This document shows, one piece after another, positions 1-13,054 of a stretch of 64,000 nt of DNA. This DNA comes from Eledone cirrhosa (taxonomy: Eukaryota). Made by a program: the position numbers and the translations under genes. The notes under the pieces are model-generated. The model ran no database searches and was not told the origin of the DNA. It worked only from the letters and a program-made list of their open reading frames with translations. The stretch spans positions 315,642,001 to 315,706,000 of the forward strand of contig OZ024741.1 of the NCBI GenBank assembly GCA_964016885.1, in the 5' to 3' direction. Each line of letters starts with the position of its first letter. Within the stretch, counting starts at the first letter, position 1.

Positions 1-543
1 CCATAACATGCTAACCATCCAAACAGACACATACACACACACATAACACCTTCTACTTTAGAAAATAAAAACCCGAACTAAATAAACCTTAACATACGTT
101 TGCGCTGACAATACAACAGAACAAATACAAATAAGTAAGGAAAATATGTTCATTCAAAAATATTCCTACTAACGGAATCATTTTCCTACACACACACACA
201 CACAATATATATATATATTCTCTTCATCTTAACATGCTAACCATACTCCAACACACACACATAACACCCTTACACACACACATAACCCCCCCCCCCCCCC
301 TCCCACACACACACAACTCCCTCCCCCATTTCTACTAATAGAATCACTTTCCTACACACACACACACAAACACACACATAAACATACATATGTCTACTTT
401 CTTTATTTCAATAGAAAATCTGAACTCTGACACCCCAGCGAACTAGCCATATTCACTGAACCAGAACAATTCTCCCATCCCATTTCTCTTGACCATTCTT
501 TTGCTTGTCATAAAATTCTCTAAATGGCTACAAAATAAATAAT

Positions 544-729
544 TGTTTCTACTTTTGGCACAAGGCCAGCAATTAACCAGTACATGACTGGTACTTTATT
601 TTATCGACCCCGTAAGGATGAAAGGCAAAGTTAACCTCGGCGGGATTTGAACTCAGAATGGAAAGGGCCGTAACTCTATGCGTCAAAGCATGGCGTCCGG
701 CCCTCTACCGATACTGCCAATCTACCGCC
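544..729 (-). mobile_element. tRNA-derived SINE (octopod-like family A), near full length, with 16-bp target-site duplication
   Basis: Minus strand has A-box-like TGGCAGTATCGG and B-box GAGTTCAAATCC. CTACAAAATAAATAAT is duplicated at 528-543 and 730-745. Many other copies occur in the window. Confidence 0.85.
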
Positions 730-741
730 CTACAAAATAAA

Positions 742-1250
742 TAATACGGGCACGGAACTTGTTCACGTGACAGTCATAATTTCATTTATAACCAATCAAA
801 TTGCATTTAAAAAAAAAAGCCTTCGTGAACCACTTTTTTTATTGTCATGAAATTCTCTAAGAGGCTACAAAACAAATTCCGAAATACGGGCGCAAAATTT
901 AATGAACTTGTTCACGTGACAGCCATAATTTCATTTATAACCAATCAGATTACATTTTTTTAGAAAAAGCCTTCGTGAGCCCCTTTTTTTAAGTACAAAA
1001 CAAATTCCGAAATACGGGCGCGAAATTTAATGAACTTGTTCACGTGACAACCATAATTTCATTTATAACCAATCAGATTACATTTTTTTAGAAAAAGCCT
1101 TCGTGAGACCCTTTTTTTAATTAAAAAGTAATTCAAACACTCATATATGAAAAAACAACCTGAGTACCCCTCCCCCCTTTGTTTGAAGAACTTTGTAACG
1201 CGAACTGGCGCGAAATTTATTATACTTATTGACCAACCAATCAAATTACT
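742..1250. repeat. Degenerate tandem repeat, unit about 130-140 bp, 3+ copies
   Basis: AATACGGGC..GAACTTGTTCACGTGACA..CATAATTTCATTTATAACCAATCA..AAAAAGCCTTCGTGA recurs at about 742, 882 and 1010, with a partial copy near 1205. Confidence 0.85.
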
Positions 1251-1355
1251 TCTCTAAAAACCTGGCGTTTCGAGCCACTTTTTTCCATATACAACAAATA
1301 ACATTCAAAGACCAACCAGATGTGAGAAATACCACAGACCCTCCATCTCAACTCT

Positions 1356-1393
1356 ACTTTTGAAAAGCAGAAGAACTGCGAAACCGGTAAAAG
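1356..1393 (+). ncRNA. Minimal type-I hammerhead-like motif, U3-A8 core variant
   Basis: TTGAAAA GCAG-aagaa-CTGC GAAA CCGG TA: perfect stem II, palindromic stem III (ACCGGT), weak stem I. Confidence 0.55.
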
Positions 1394-1532
1394 AACCAAA
1401 TAAATATATATATTTTTTATATATTTTTTTTAAAATAAGACTCCAGTTGCATTTTCGATTTCATCTTTTTTTCTTTATACTTTCACTCGTGTAGGACACC
1501 TCGGTTATTTTTTATTTTGTAAAAAACCTCAC

Positions 1533-1634
<102 letters not shown>

Positions 1635-1662
1635 GTATTTATATATGTATATATATATATAC

Positions 1663-1699
<37 letters not shown>

Positions 1700-1705
<6 letters not shown>

Positions 1706-2345
1706 TTAATCGGATAATAAAGTAGGCCAATTGAGTGCGATAAAAAATATTTTCTTACTTCCAATAAAATCCCTTACACTATTTTCTTCTATAAAAAAAA
1801 CAATTTGTGACAGACTATACTGAACCGTATAAACCTAGGGCTCCACGTTTCACGGTAAAATATCACAAAACTAACCTCCATTATAACCCTTGTGTAATGT
1901 GCATTAACCCCTCTAATTCAGATATAAGTAAAATCAGTAAACATAATTTAGGCAGTATTATACGCAAATTTAAAAGCAAAATTAATGTTATAGTGTGGGA
2001 CAATACAAATGAAGTTAATTGGTTCACTAGTATTAAGCACAAAAATAGTTTTAAGTTTCTGCAGTTTGACATTGATAATTATTATCTTTCTACATCTCGC
2101 ATTATTTTATATAAGGCATTTATCCTTGCTATGAAATTTATTGATCTTAATAGACACGAAGTCAACATTGTCATTGCAACTAGGCATAATATTATAGAAT
2201 TTGAGGGGTCTCTTTGAACCAGAACTAATCGTCCTAATAATTTTGACATACACGACGTTGCACAAATTACAGACTTAGTAGGTATATTTTTATTATATAA
2301 ATTTAACCAGGTGGATTATACAGAGATGATGTTCCTTCATTGTTA
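1700..2345 (+). pseudogene. Penelope-like RT fragment (LYRDD-type family)
   Basis: ORF 1807-2217 has INPSNSDISKISK..W..T.EV.WF..FLQFDIDNYY. Past a stop it continues as DVAQITDLVGIF..GGLYRDD. Homologous to 33.3-35, 41.5-42 and 44-45.8 kb. Confidence 0.8.
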
Positions 2346-2852
2346 AATACCCTTTTTTAGTGTATATTTATCTCTCACTATATATATATGTGTGTGAGAG
2401 AGAGAGAGAGAGAGAGAGGGGGGGGTGTATCTTCATTAACGATTCCGTTAACTTCTACATTAATTCTACTCGTTGTTCTCCCTCTTCATATACTAAATAA
2501 ATTATTTATAATTTGTTCGTAATATATCTTTTAAAATATTTTATATTTTGTACTACTTAAAGAACCGGTAAAAAATCTTTAATTCATTTTAGTTTTCTAC
2601 CCGACTGTAAATACATTTTTTCCCATAATGCCATAATCTATTTGTGTGCTCACATATTAGATATTATATTGTTTTTTTTTTGTTTTTTTTATTTGTTTTT
2701 TTCTTTCAAATATCCAATAACGTTTTTTCATAATGTCAGGAATAACCTTTCATTGTGTTACAGAATAGAGTGAAAATGCATCCATCACTCACGAATACTT
2801 CATTCCTTTTCATTCTACGACACCTAAAGATGTATGGTAATAATAATAATAA

Positions 2853-3000
2853 TGGTTTCTGATTTAGGCACAAGGCAAACAATTTTGGCGGAGGGGAAAA
2901 TCGATTAAATCAACCTCAGTGCATTACTGGTACTTTATTTTATCAACCCTGTGAGGATGAAAGGCAAAGTTAACTTCGGGGGGCTTTGAAATCAGAACAT
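2853..3000 (-). mobile_element. SINE family A, 5'-truncated
   Basis: GGCACAAGG..ACTGGTACTTTATTTTATCAACCC..GGATGAAAGGCAAAGTTAAC matches 544-729. Confidence 0.8.
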
Positions 3001-3639
3001 AATAATACTTAGCTAAGTTCAATATATATTTTTTCCTATTTCATTATATTCTTGTAATGCAAGTATTGAAATATTTATTGTGTGTTAAATGAATTAAGAA
3101 ATCTAGTCTTTGTTCTTAAAAAGTGAAGGACTCCGAGCTGTTGTTACGCATTCTTCTAGGAGAACGAAACTCTGAAGTGAAATCTGCGGTTTACATCTTT
3201 ACTAGTCATCTTGCTTAGACTTGTCATCAGATAATAATCACTGAGGTTTAGGGAGTATTGATCGTGTTGTACACGCGATTGCCATTATAATCCTATGATG
3301 TACAGATGTCTCTTTCATCTGTCATTTTATCTGTTAAAAGTTATATGCTGATGGGGGAGTGGTGATGTCTGCAGACCTAACCAGTTAGAAGCACACAATT
3401 ACTCTACACATAGGTGGCAGGGATCTTAACATCGTTGCTGTGTCTTCCTGAGATAGGTTTTAACTTCGGTGGAGGTTCTTGCGTTTTAAGCAACCTATTG
3501 GGGAGAGCACTGAGCTCTCGGTATGTTGGGAAGGTGCTGAAAAAGGTGCACTGAACAATGCCTGTCACATCAACACTGGTGAGTTCCCAGCAGATAACTA
3601 TGGTTCATGCCAGCAGGAGCAGACAAAATGATAAATATG

Positions 3640-3865
3640 CTAAATTAATTGCAAAAGAGCGAGTTAAGCTCAACCCTTGTTGTTGGGATGTTAGAACATA
3701 TTTCGACCAGCATTTATCAAAACGATCAGAAAGAAGAACTGCATTTGTAACTAGAGAACGTTAAAGACTGTATATAGACATTGCAACTCTCTCAGAAATG
3801 CGTCTGTGAGGTGAAGATAAGTTGACTGAAGTATCATAAGAAAATACACTTTTCTGGGTTGGTAA
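3640..3865 (+). pseudogene. RTE-clade LINE, N-terminal AP-endonuclease fragment
   Basis: CWDVRTYFD..RSERRTAFVTRE*RLYIDIATLSEMRL*GEDKLTEV..YTF.W resembles the RTE APE start WNVRTL..RPERRTALVAREL.RY.IDIAALSETRL. Confidence 0.7.
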
Positions 3866-3870
3866 GTCTA

Positions 3871-4205
3871 AATGCACGCATACAACTCAAAATATACACA
3901 TCCACACATACATGTACAGATACAAAGCTGCAGATGCACGCATACAACTCAAAATATACACATCCACACATACATGTACAGATACAAAGATGCAGTTGCA
4001 CGCATACAACTCAAAATATACACATCCACACATACAATAACATTCATACCTGCACGCACATTCATGCATACAGACATGCATATATATCTACCTACTTGAT
4101 GTTGTGTAAATTCCAGTGAGAGATTCTTGTATCTATGTTAGAAACTGACTCTCTCCCTCTATTGGTAAACATTTATAACATTTTATAACCAGGAGAACAT
4201 ATATA
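3871..4205 (+). repeat. Dispersed repeat with internal ~59-bp tandem units; second copy at about 37990-38210
   Basis: CATACAACTCAAAA..CATACAATAACAT..TTGATGTTGTGTAAATTCCA.TGAGAGA..CTATGTTAGAAAC.GACTCTCTC is shared by both loci. Confidence 0.75.
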
Positions 4206-4221
4206 CATTCATACATACATT

Positions 4222-4372
4222 CACCGGCTTCTGGAATGTCCGCCTATTTAATTTCATTTAGAAGGGCTTGGTTAAAACGAGGCTGTCTTAGAATTCACTT
4301 GACCAAGGTGTCAAAACTAACTCAAAACTACATGGTTGCGAAGCAAACTCTTCCGCACACAGCCATGCACGC
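4222..4372 (-). mobile_element. Degenerate tRNA-derived SINE (second family)
   Basis: CACTTGACCAAGGTG..CATGGTTGCGAAGCAAACTCTT..CACACAGCCATGC is the reverse complement of a tRNA-like SINE head. Confidence 0.55.
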
Positions 4373-5067
4373 ATTGATTTAATCTTTATTTTATATATCT
4401 ATATCTATATTAGTTGCAATGAAAATTAAATAACTAAAAAAATAAATAGATAGATAAATAAATAAATAAATAAATAAAACAATAAAGGCAAGAGGTAAAT
4501 CATGAATTTGTTCATTGATGGTTGATAGCACATCTCTTCAGAAAATTCTGGATGGACAGTTTCATAATTTGCCTCCTGATTTTATTAATATTTTGGCTGC
4601 AACAGATATAATTATAAAGAAAAGGACAGTAAATGAAAAAAATATAATCTCAACGAAAAGATCGACATATGTGGCTTGGCTTTTTATATAGCATGCTTGT
4701 ACTTACATATATCCACACACTTATGTACTGATACATACACCGTCTCATACATACACACATTCATAAATACTCATAAACACATTCATGAACAAACACGTAA
4801 ACACACCACTCGTAAATACACTCACATACACACCCATACAGACATTCATGCACGCACTCATACACATTATCATAAAAACACTCATAAGCACACTCGTAAA
4901 CAAAATCATTAACACACTCATATACACACACTCATACATACGTAGACTATATTTACACCATTAAAAATACTTTCATTCTCCTTCTCTCACTTATTTCAGT
5001 CTACTACCTTAAGTATCGAGTACGCTGGTGCGTTATGGTCCAAATTGTTTTTTTACAACACTTTCTT

Positions 5068-5135
<68 letters not shown>

Positions 5136-5289
5136 GTATGTATATATATCGTATATGAGTAACCAATCTCCCAGACCTTTACGAAGCGCTGAGGGATAAA
5201 GCTACTATAAAGAGCAGTGTGTCCATGCGCGGAAATGATATAAAATACCTTATAAAATAGGATAAAGGGACTTAGTGACGGAAAAAGAT

Positions 5290-5350
5290 GTTGACATCGG
5301 TTGCTATGAGGAATCGAACCTTGTATCTTCCAGATACCGCCTAGGCGGAA
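5290..5350 (-). mobile_element. tRNA-derived repeat head fragment
   Basis: Minus strand contains B-box GGTTCGATTCC. No complete cloverleaf. Confidence 0.35.
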
Positions 5351-5839
5351 AGTGTAGATGCCTATTGTATATAAACAAATAGATGTTTCTATATATGTTT
5401 GAGTTTGTGTTTGTGTCTGTGTTTAGATCGCATTAATTAGTGGTTGGCCAGGAAAGAGATGGATACAACAAAAACCAGACTTAAAAAACAAAATTATTGA
5501 TGTTGATATGATCGACTAAATCATTGACGTGTCCCAGCATGGCCACTGGCTAATGATTCAAAATAGTCAATGTATAAAATACGAAAAAAATATATATGTT
5601 TTTTTTCAAATCGATTTGTACGTTTTACGGTCATGTGTTGATATAACTACAGCCTGCAGTTATCGACCAATCAGTTCTGGGCGATTGCATCTAACAAGGA
5701 GAAAAAAAAGGAAGCGGTTGATGAATTAGTCTATTTCACGTCTCTAGTGCCCGGATATTGTAGTTTTCTTAGTAAAAGTACTACAAAGGTTTGAATTAAC
5801 AAACCTGTTTTCAGATGATTTCTGCTAAATTATTATAGA

Positions 5840-5960
5840 CCCGTCATCCCCAAAGTGGGCTCGACCAACCCCTTGGGAGCATTGAGAGCTTCAAGAGGAG
5901 CACTGTAAGGCAAGGGGCTGGTAGGGGGTTCGTTAGAAGGCAAAGGATGGAGAGTAGTTG
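5840..5960 (+). mobile_element. Possible degenerate hAT (Charlie/Buster-like) terminal sequence
   Basis: CCGTCATCCCCAAAGTGGGC..CCCCTTGGG resembles hAT termini of the CAGTG.TTCCCAAAGTG type. No partner end found. Confidence 0.3.
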
Positions 5961-6200
5961 CTCGATAAGCTGTTAACATTAGTCATTAAATAAATGATCA
6001 AACAACGATATATATAATTGTTGGCTTCGACTGTGGAAGCCAATAATTTAAACTGCTACCACCTCTGTCGGTCAACACTAACAAAACTACAGACAAAAAT
6101 ATGAACTTTCCTCACTATATATGTATGTAAAAACTAATTTTGTTTCCTTCATTTTATTATTGTTCATATAAATATGCAATTTAACTGCACTATACACTTC

Positions 6201-6240
6201 CGTCGTTGAAAAAGCATATAAAGCAGAAACCGGTACACGA
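6201..6240 (+). ncRNA. Degenerate minimal hammerhead-like motif, U3-A8 variant
   Basis: CGTCG TTGAAAA AGCATATAAAGCA GAAA CCGG TA CACG; stems imperfect. Confidence 0.4.
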
Positions 6241-6356
6241 TTAAATGCGGAAAGCCCTACTTTATAAATAAATGTTTTGATGTTATACTGAAAAACATCC
6301 CTCTGGCATTGTCTACTGTATTTTTTTCCTTTTTACTATTTGTTTATATATATATT

Positions 6357-6464
<108 letters not shown>

Positions 6465-7330
6465 CTAGTGGCTCTGGTCTGTACTGTGCTCAAATGTACA
6501 CATAAGGCACTTATCGTCATCTTTCGTAATGTCCATTTTCAGTAAAATAAAAGATGTTAAAAGGTATTTAAATATTGCACACCATAATTTTTAAAGTTTA
6601 ATTAGAATATCTAAATACAGAAAGTATTAAAGAAAATAACAGAAAAATGTATTCTACGAAACTTATAAAACATTTACTGAACTTCAGAATATACAATGTT
6701 TGTAAATTCTTTCTTTGGAACATATATGAAGAGTTTGTGGGTTCTTCCTAGACTGGAATCACCTACATAAAATTGACCATATGTGAAACAGCCCTCATCT
6801 AGATGGAAACCGACAACCTGAAGGGTTGGATCTTAATGGTCATTGCATAACTGATTCTCATTGAGCATTGCAATCATTTGAAACGAAAGGGGACATCTGT
6901 TGTTATTACCTGCATTCTAGGTATAAATGCAATGTCTCCCTTATCACATCCAGTGAGGATTTTGGCGTCGACCATGTGAGGCTGTAGTTCAGTCACAACC
7001 ATACCCGTCAAATTTCAAAATCTTGGCTGATCCAGGTTTCTGAGAAGCATGGTGAATATGACATTCTTCACTTCAAGAATGTGTGGTAGCATACCGGACC
7101 GTTCCAGATTGTTGAGAAATCAAACGGATAATGGATAACATTGTGCCCATCGACAACTTTGTCGATAGATTTATAGGTCTGGCTACCTCCAGGGATAATT
7201 TGTTAGAGGTTTTGTTGATGGCCTTCACTGTGACGTTTTTATTTTCGGGGCATGGAATGCTCTTTCATACAGCCACTCCTCATTGGAATGGTGGATTTGG
7301 AAATTGGAGAACACTTAATTAATTAAGCTT
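6465..7330 (-). mobile_element. Helitron 3' remnant: PIF1-like helicase C-terminus pseudogene and probable CTAG end
   Basis: Minus-strand translation across frameshifts: EWLYERA..YKSIDKV..NNLERSGMLPHILEVK..MLLRNLDQPR..AKILTG..GDIAFIPRM..DVPFRFK*LQ..ISYAMTI..VGFHLDEGCFTYGQFYVG..TNIVYSEVQ* (stop about 6674). CTAG followed by T at 6465-6468. Confidence 0.85.
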
Positions 7331-7944
7331 CCAACGCTTTCCACGACAGTACAAAATGGTGAAGGATCAAAAGATCCTTCAGTATCAACGGGCTGCTTTT
7401 CTATTAATTCAAAAGACTGAGAGGTCCTTATCTGTAACTCCTTGTGTCCCATCTTTTCACGCGTCTGTTATTTGTACTGAAGAAATCTCCGAGGCTGGGA
7501 GAATCTGAGGATTCCCGCCTCGAACCACAATTATTTTTTGGAGGGAAAAGAAGGTGAGTGCACGCATGTCGTTGGTCAGATTAGTTGAAAATAGGCGAAA
7601 AAAAAACTAGGAAAACAAAAATGTCTTTACGATCCACAGCGGGTGCTTTTCTATGTATTTTCCGTCTACGGAAAAAAGAAATAGTTGGTGAGTGAATCGG
7701 ATGTATGATCTTTCGAAAACAAAGGAAAAAACTTAGAAATGAAAACATTCCCACTGGAGAAATCTCCAAGTCTGGGAAAATCCGTGCGCCTCCCCATTTG
7801 ATTGCGAGCAGCTCAAAATTTTACCTGTATATATATATAAAGTATTTCCGTGGAAAAGGTAAAGGAAAGAAGAGTGCCCAATGTATAGTATAGAGCTATT
7901 TAATTATGTAATAAACAACACTATATAATTATTCAATTAACGAA

Positions 7945-8070
7945 GGTTTCACGAAGACAGGCAACCATAACAGAGGCGTCCGCAGGAAAATTTAATATTA
8001 AATTTTCTTTCTGATGAACTACTTCGGACGCCTCTGTTGGGGTCGCCTGTCTTCGTGAAACCTTAAGTAA
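7945..8070. repeat. Inverted repeat (~38-bp arms) overlapping a hammerhead-like core
   Basis: AAGGTTTCACGAAGACAGGC..AACAGAGGCGTCCG pairs with CGGACGCCTCTGTT..GCCTGTCTTCGTGAAACCTT. CTGATGA is at 8011 and GAAA-CCTTAAG-TA at 8057. Confidence 0.6.
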
Positions 8071-8096
8071 TGGAATAATTATATTGTGTTGTTTAT

Positions 8097-8189
<93 letters not shown>

Positions 8190-8381
8190 ACAGGGAGAAA
8201 GAGACGATTATTAGGAAGAACATTTTTTTTTTCCTTTTTTGTCACTCTCTCTCTCTGTTTTCTGGGTTAGAAAATGATTAAAACGAAATGTTTTACTTTG
8301 TGTAAAGTGTTAAGGTATTAGTTGATTTATTTATTATTTAACAATGGCATTTATTTATCTATTTATATATTTAATGATTGT

Positions 8382-8423
8382 CTATTACCGGTTTCAGCAT
8401 TTTTATGCATTATCAAATGATAG
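8382..8423 (-). ncRNA. Minimal hammerhead-like motif, U3-A8 variant
   Basis: Minus: TTGATAA T-GCAT-aaaa-ATGC-T GAAA CCGG TA ATAG. Confidence 0.5.
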
Positions 8424-8980
8424 TGAAATGTATTAGTGTGGTGTCACACATGTTAAAGAGAAGGTGCAGGAAGAATAATGTTATTTACAAACAAGGTTTA
8501 TGAAGTGAAAAGAAAAAAGAAAAAAGAAAAAAGAAAAAGAAAACGGTCATAATGTAGAGCATAAAAAGTCAATGTGGAAGAAAAAATAATGTTATTTACA
8601 GTTAAGCAGATCAAAATGTGTTAATATAGCAAGAGTGCTTAGTTGATCCATGATCCATGATGGGGGCAAATGGTGGACTGAGGTTTGATATGATTTCCCT
8701 TTTTAGAGAGTTAATATGCAGGGGGAAGCAGTTCTTGGTGGATAATATTTAATTTATTTAAGAAAAGGATTAGGTAGGGTGTGAGGGAGGTAACTCTTCA
8801 ATACATAAACAGAGAAAGCCTTAAGCGATACTCCGACCAACTCCATCTCACTCAACAAACATTAGGATATACTTAAGTATTATCCAAATTTAGTGTTTGG
8901 GGTGCTAACTAATCAGTATTTCTTGGATAATTGGTTGTATTATTTTATATGAGACATTATTAAATAAATATCTCATTTCT

Positions 8981-9104
8981 TCCAGACGGCCGTTTCGTTA
9001 TAAGATTTCTACAATTTGGGATAAATAATTTCCAGGTTATGTAGAAACTTGTATATAATCCGTAGTTTTATGCACAAGCGGCCTCTTATAAACTCATCAG
9101 TGGA
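8981..9104 (-). ncRNA. Type-I hammerhead ribozyme with long stem-II insert
   Basis: Minus: TCCA CTGATGA GTTTATAAG..(~80 nt)..CTTATAAC GAAA CGGCCG TC TGGA. Intact core, stem I TCCA/TGGA, palindromic stem III. Confidence 0.8.
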
Positions 9105-9879
9105 TGCCCAATTAATAACGATATAAGAATTATATCGACATTAACAGAATGGTGATAGTCTCCCTCAGCGCTAAGAAGAGACTGGTAGATTAAAATCCAG
9201 CAGTCGTCCCAAATAAAAATACACGCTGTCCCCAAAAGGGTAAAGGGAGGTCATCTTAAAATAAAACAATATACACGCTTGTCAATTAAACCTGTTAGGT
9301 ATTAACCACGTGTATAAGAACTCAATTGGAGATTTAAAAGAATAACCACATGCATACACAATCAATGCACACACAGAGATATTATTCAAAAATGTATTAG
9401 CACAGTGCAAATGACTATCACAATATTTAACTATAACCAAAGCACACCTGTTGCTGGAAAAAATGTAGGGAATCCAACCCTGCATTTCTCATATGCAGGG
9501 CGAGCCTGGTTCAACACGGATCGTCTGCTGAAAGACACAACCACCACAACAACATTTTTTGCTCCTCCCTCTACTAGGAACCATCTCACCACTACATCAT
9601 TACTTCAATCAGACCAACAAATCACTACACTACTACACCACTACACTCCACCACACTACATCATCATGCTACTACATCACAATACCTCACTACCACTCCA
9701 CAACACCACTACATTCACTACACAACTACCCTACCACCATAGCACAGCACCGCCACACCACTACATCACCAAACCACTTCACCACCACCGCACCATTATA
9801 CACCACCGTCAACACCATCAAAACCATACACTACATGCTACCACTCCACCATATCACCACACCTCTACACCACTATACA

Positions 9880-10055
9880 CCACCGTCACAGACTTCTGGT
9901 GTCCTCGGCCCTAGGGCTACCTCCCTACTCACCACCATAGGCGCTGAGCTGAGCAACCGCACGTGTGAGCCTCGCGAGTTGGAATGGCTCTTCCAGCGCG
10001 TCTCCCTCGCTGTCCTCCGGGGAAACGCCTTCTCCATTCTGTCTGCCGGGGCTGT
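9880..10055 (+). pseudogene. CRE-clade non-LTR retrotransposon C-terminal fragment
   Basis: TSGVLGPRATSLLTTIGAELSNRTCEPRELEWLFQRVSLAVLRGNAFSIL matches the CRE-type terminal motif ET.G..G......L.QR.S.A.QRGNA. Preceded by CAC-rich low complexity at 9540-9885. Confidence 0.75.
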
Positions 10056-10620
10056 GGGGAGGCCATCAATATGATTTACTGACTTGTCATTTTATCATGT
10101 ACTTTTTATATATCTATATCTGTCCAACACCATACGATGAAAGCAGGTAGCCAGCTACATCAGGCCAACATCTCTGTCTGTGAATTTAGATATTCCAAAA
10201 CAAACCATATTTTTCTCTTTAAAAAAAAAAAAAAGAGAAAGAGAAGAGTGGTGAGGAGGCTTGTATGTATGTTTGTCTCGAGGGTGGGGAGTATGTACGA
10301 GAGAGAGAGAGAGAGAGAGAGAGAAGGAGAGAGAGAGAGAGAGGGGGAGAAACTGAGAAAATATAGGCAGTACATGTGAACATGCATGAATAAGTGAATA
10401 TGTGCGTTCATCCAATTATGTTTGCGTGCGTGCTTGTATGTATGTATGTATGTATGTATGTATGTATGTATGTATGTATGTACGTATGTATGTACGTACG
10501 TATGTATGTATGTATGTACGTGTGTATGTATGTACGTATGTATGTATGTATGTTTGTATGTATGTGTGTGTGTGTCTATGTGTGTATGCGCCTCTGCGTA
10601 TGAGTGTGTGTACGCGCGTT

Positions 10621-10706
<86 letters not shown>

Positions 10707-10763
10707 GGAAATGAAAGTAGAGAAAGCAAATAAAAAGTGACAGAGAAAGAAGGCAATACATGC

Positions 10764-10825
<62 letters not shown>

Positions 10826-11121
10826 AATATATGTATTGATGAAAGGGGAGAGAAAGGCAGAGGGAGAGAAGTAAATAAACAGAAGTTACATTGGAGAGAG
10901 AAGAAAGAGATACAGAAAGAGGGGAGAAGAAAAAGAAAGGAAAGAGCAGGAGAGAGAGATTCGGATGGTGGGGTGGTAAAGATTGAGAAGGTAGTTACTA
11001 CGGCGCCATCTGTTGGTCGTAATTGACGTTAATGCTTCGTTAATTTATGGACAGTTCTGGAAAAGTGTAAAGTAGCTTAGTTGCACAAGACACACATACA
11101 CATATATATATATACACACAC

Positions 11122-11557
11122 ACACATACACTCACACATATATACAGATATAGACATATGTACAGCCACAGTCACACAGTAAGAACATAGCTACACTAAC
11201 AGACACACAGATACATACACATATATAGACACATACACTCACACATATATACAGATATAGACATATGTACAGCCACAGTCACACAGTAAGAACATAGCTA
11301 CACTAACAGACACACAGATACATACACATATATAGACACATACACTCACACATATATACAGATATAGACATATGTACAGCCACAGTCACACAGTAAGAAC
11401 ATAGCTACACTAACAGACACACAGATACATACACATATATAGACACATACACTCACACATATATACAGATATAGACATATGTACAGCCACAGTCACACAG
11501 TAAGAACATAGCTACACTAACAGACACACAGATACATACACATATATAGACACATAC
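11122..11557. repeat. Minisatellite, 107-bp unit, 4 near-identical copies
   Basis: CATACACTCACAC starts at 11125, 11232, 11339 and 11446. Confidence 0.95.
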
Positions 11558-12047
11558 AGTTACAATCACGTACACAAACACATATAGGGATTGGTAGTGA
11601 CTACATAATTACATAGCCACGCGAACACACGCGCACAAACATAGATAGTTGCAACAGACGGTTACACTATCACACTCCATCACATTCACACACACAGTCA
11701 CAGATAGTAACAACATTTGTAGTGCACCTGAGCACTTTACACAATAATTTCATTATTATTATTATTAACATATAGTGATACTATCACTCACACAAATATA
11801 TGTGTGCACACACACGCTCATATGCGCACATATAGATACACATAGTGACAATAAACAGTTACACAGCTACACATGCATACGCATATATAGATACAGATAG
11901 TAACAACATAATTACAGAACCATATACACTCAGTCACACATACACACAAATATCCATATACGCACATATACAACACACGCGCACATAAAATCACGCGCAA
12001 ATATCGAAAATAGTCACATGTTCCACACGCGCACAAATATCTATATG

Positions 12048-12379
12048 CAGTGGAACCTCGGATCACGACGCCTCTCATCACGAACGATTCGGTTCGTGAC
12101 TATTTTTCTTAACATAAAACGTCTCGGTTAGCGAACAATGTCTCAAGTAACGAACACGCAAACCGACAACACGCCTGGAGTATCGACGGAAAATCGTCAT
12201 TTACTATCTAGTTAGTTACTATGGTGATATCTATCAGTCTTTCATACACAGTCTCTCTCTCTCTCTCACACAATTTCTGTCTCAACACTCGCACGGAGAA
12301 AATAATTTCGGTTTACGAACGTTTCGGATGACAAACGGCCTTCAGCAGCAAATTAGTTTCGTGAACTGAGGTTCCACTG
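12048..12379. mobile_element. MITE with pogo/Tigger-like TIRs
   Basis: CAGTGGAACCTCGGATCACGA ... TCGTGAACTGAGGTTCCACTG. Flanks are TG/TG, a possibly decayed TA TSD. Internal subterminal repeats are present. Confidence 0.8.
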
Positions 12380-13054
12380 TGCTTACATATACGTACACAC
12401 ATATAATCACATGTGATACACATCACACACACATAGACACAAATATCCATATATATATACATATAATCACGTGTTACATATCACATACACGCAAATATCC
12501 ATATACATACATATAATTACATGCGCTACATATCACACACGCACACAAGTAATCACATGTCCTACACATTACACACACACACACACACACACATATTCAT
12601 ATACATATATATATAATCACATGTCCTACACACCATGCACACACAAAAATACATATACATACACATAATAGCGTGTGCATTAATTCGTCTAAAATCGAGG
12701 CATTTATCATAAAAAGGCTCAATGGCAGATTCAAAATATATATTATATAAGCCAGAGTTATGACGACATCAATGTGAAAAGTTGATCGAAAAATGTATGT
12801 ACGTATGTATGTATGTATGTATGTATGTATGTATGTATGTATGTATGTATGTATGTATGTATGTATGTTATCTCTTTCTCTTAATTTCGAGTATATTTTT
12901 TTGACCGGCCACATTCCTGGTGGCAAGGTTGTAAAAGAAAAGAAATTGTCATCCCTTGAATCGCAGCCATTTGTAGACTATGAATTAGGGATGTATGTAT
13001 GTATGTATGTATGTATGTATGTATGTATGTATGTATGTATGTATGTATGTATGT

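Noticed and set aside
5290-5350. tRNA gene
   Set aside because: Only a B-box/T-arm is present. It is more likely a SINE head.
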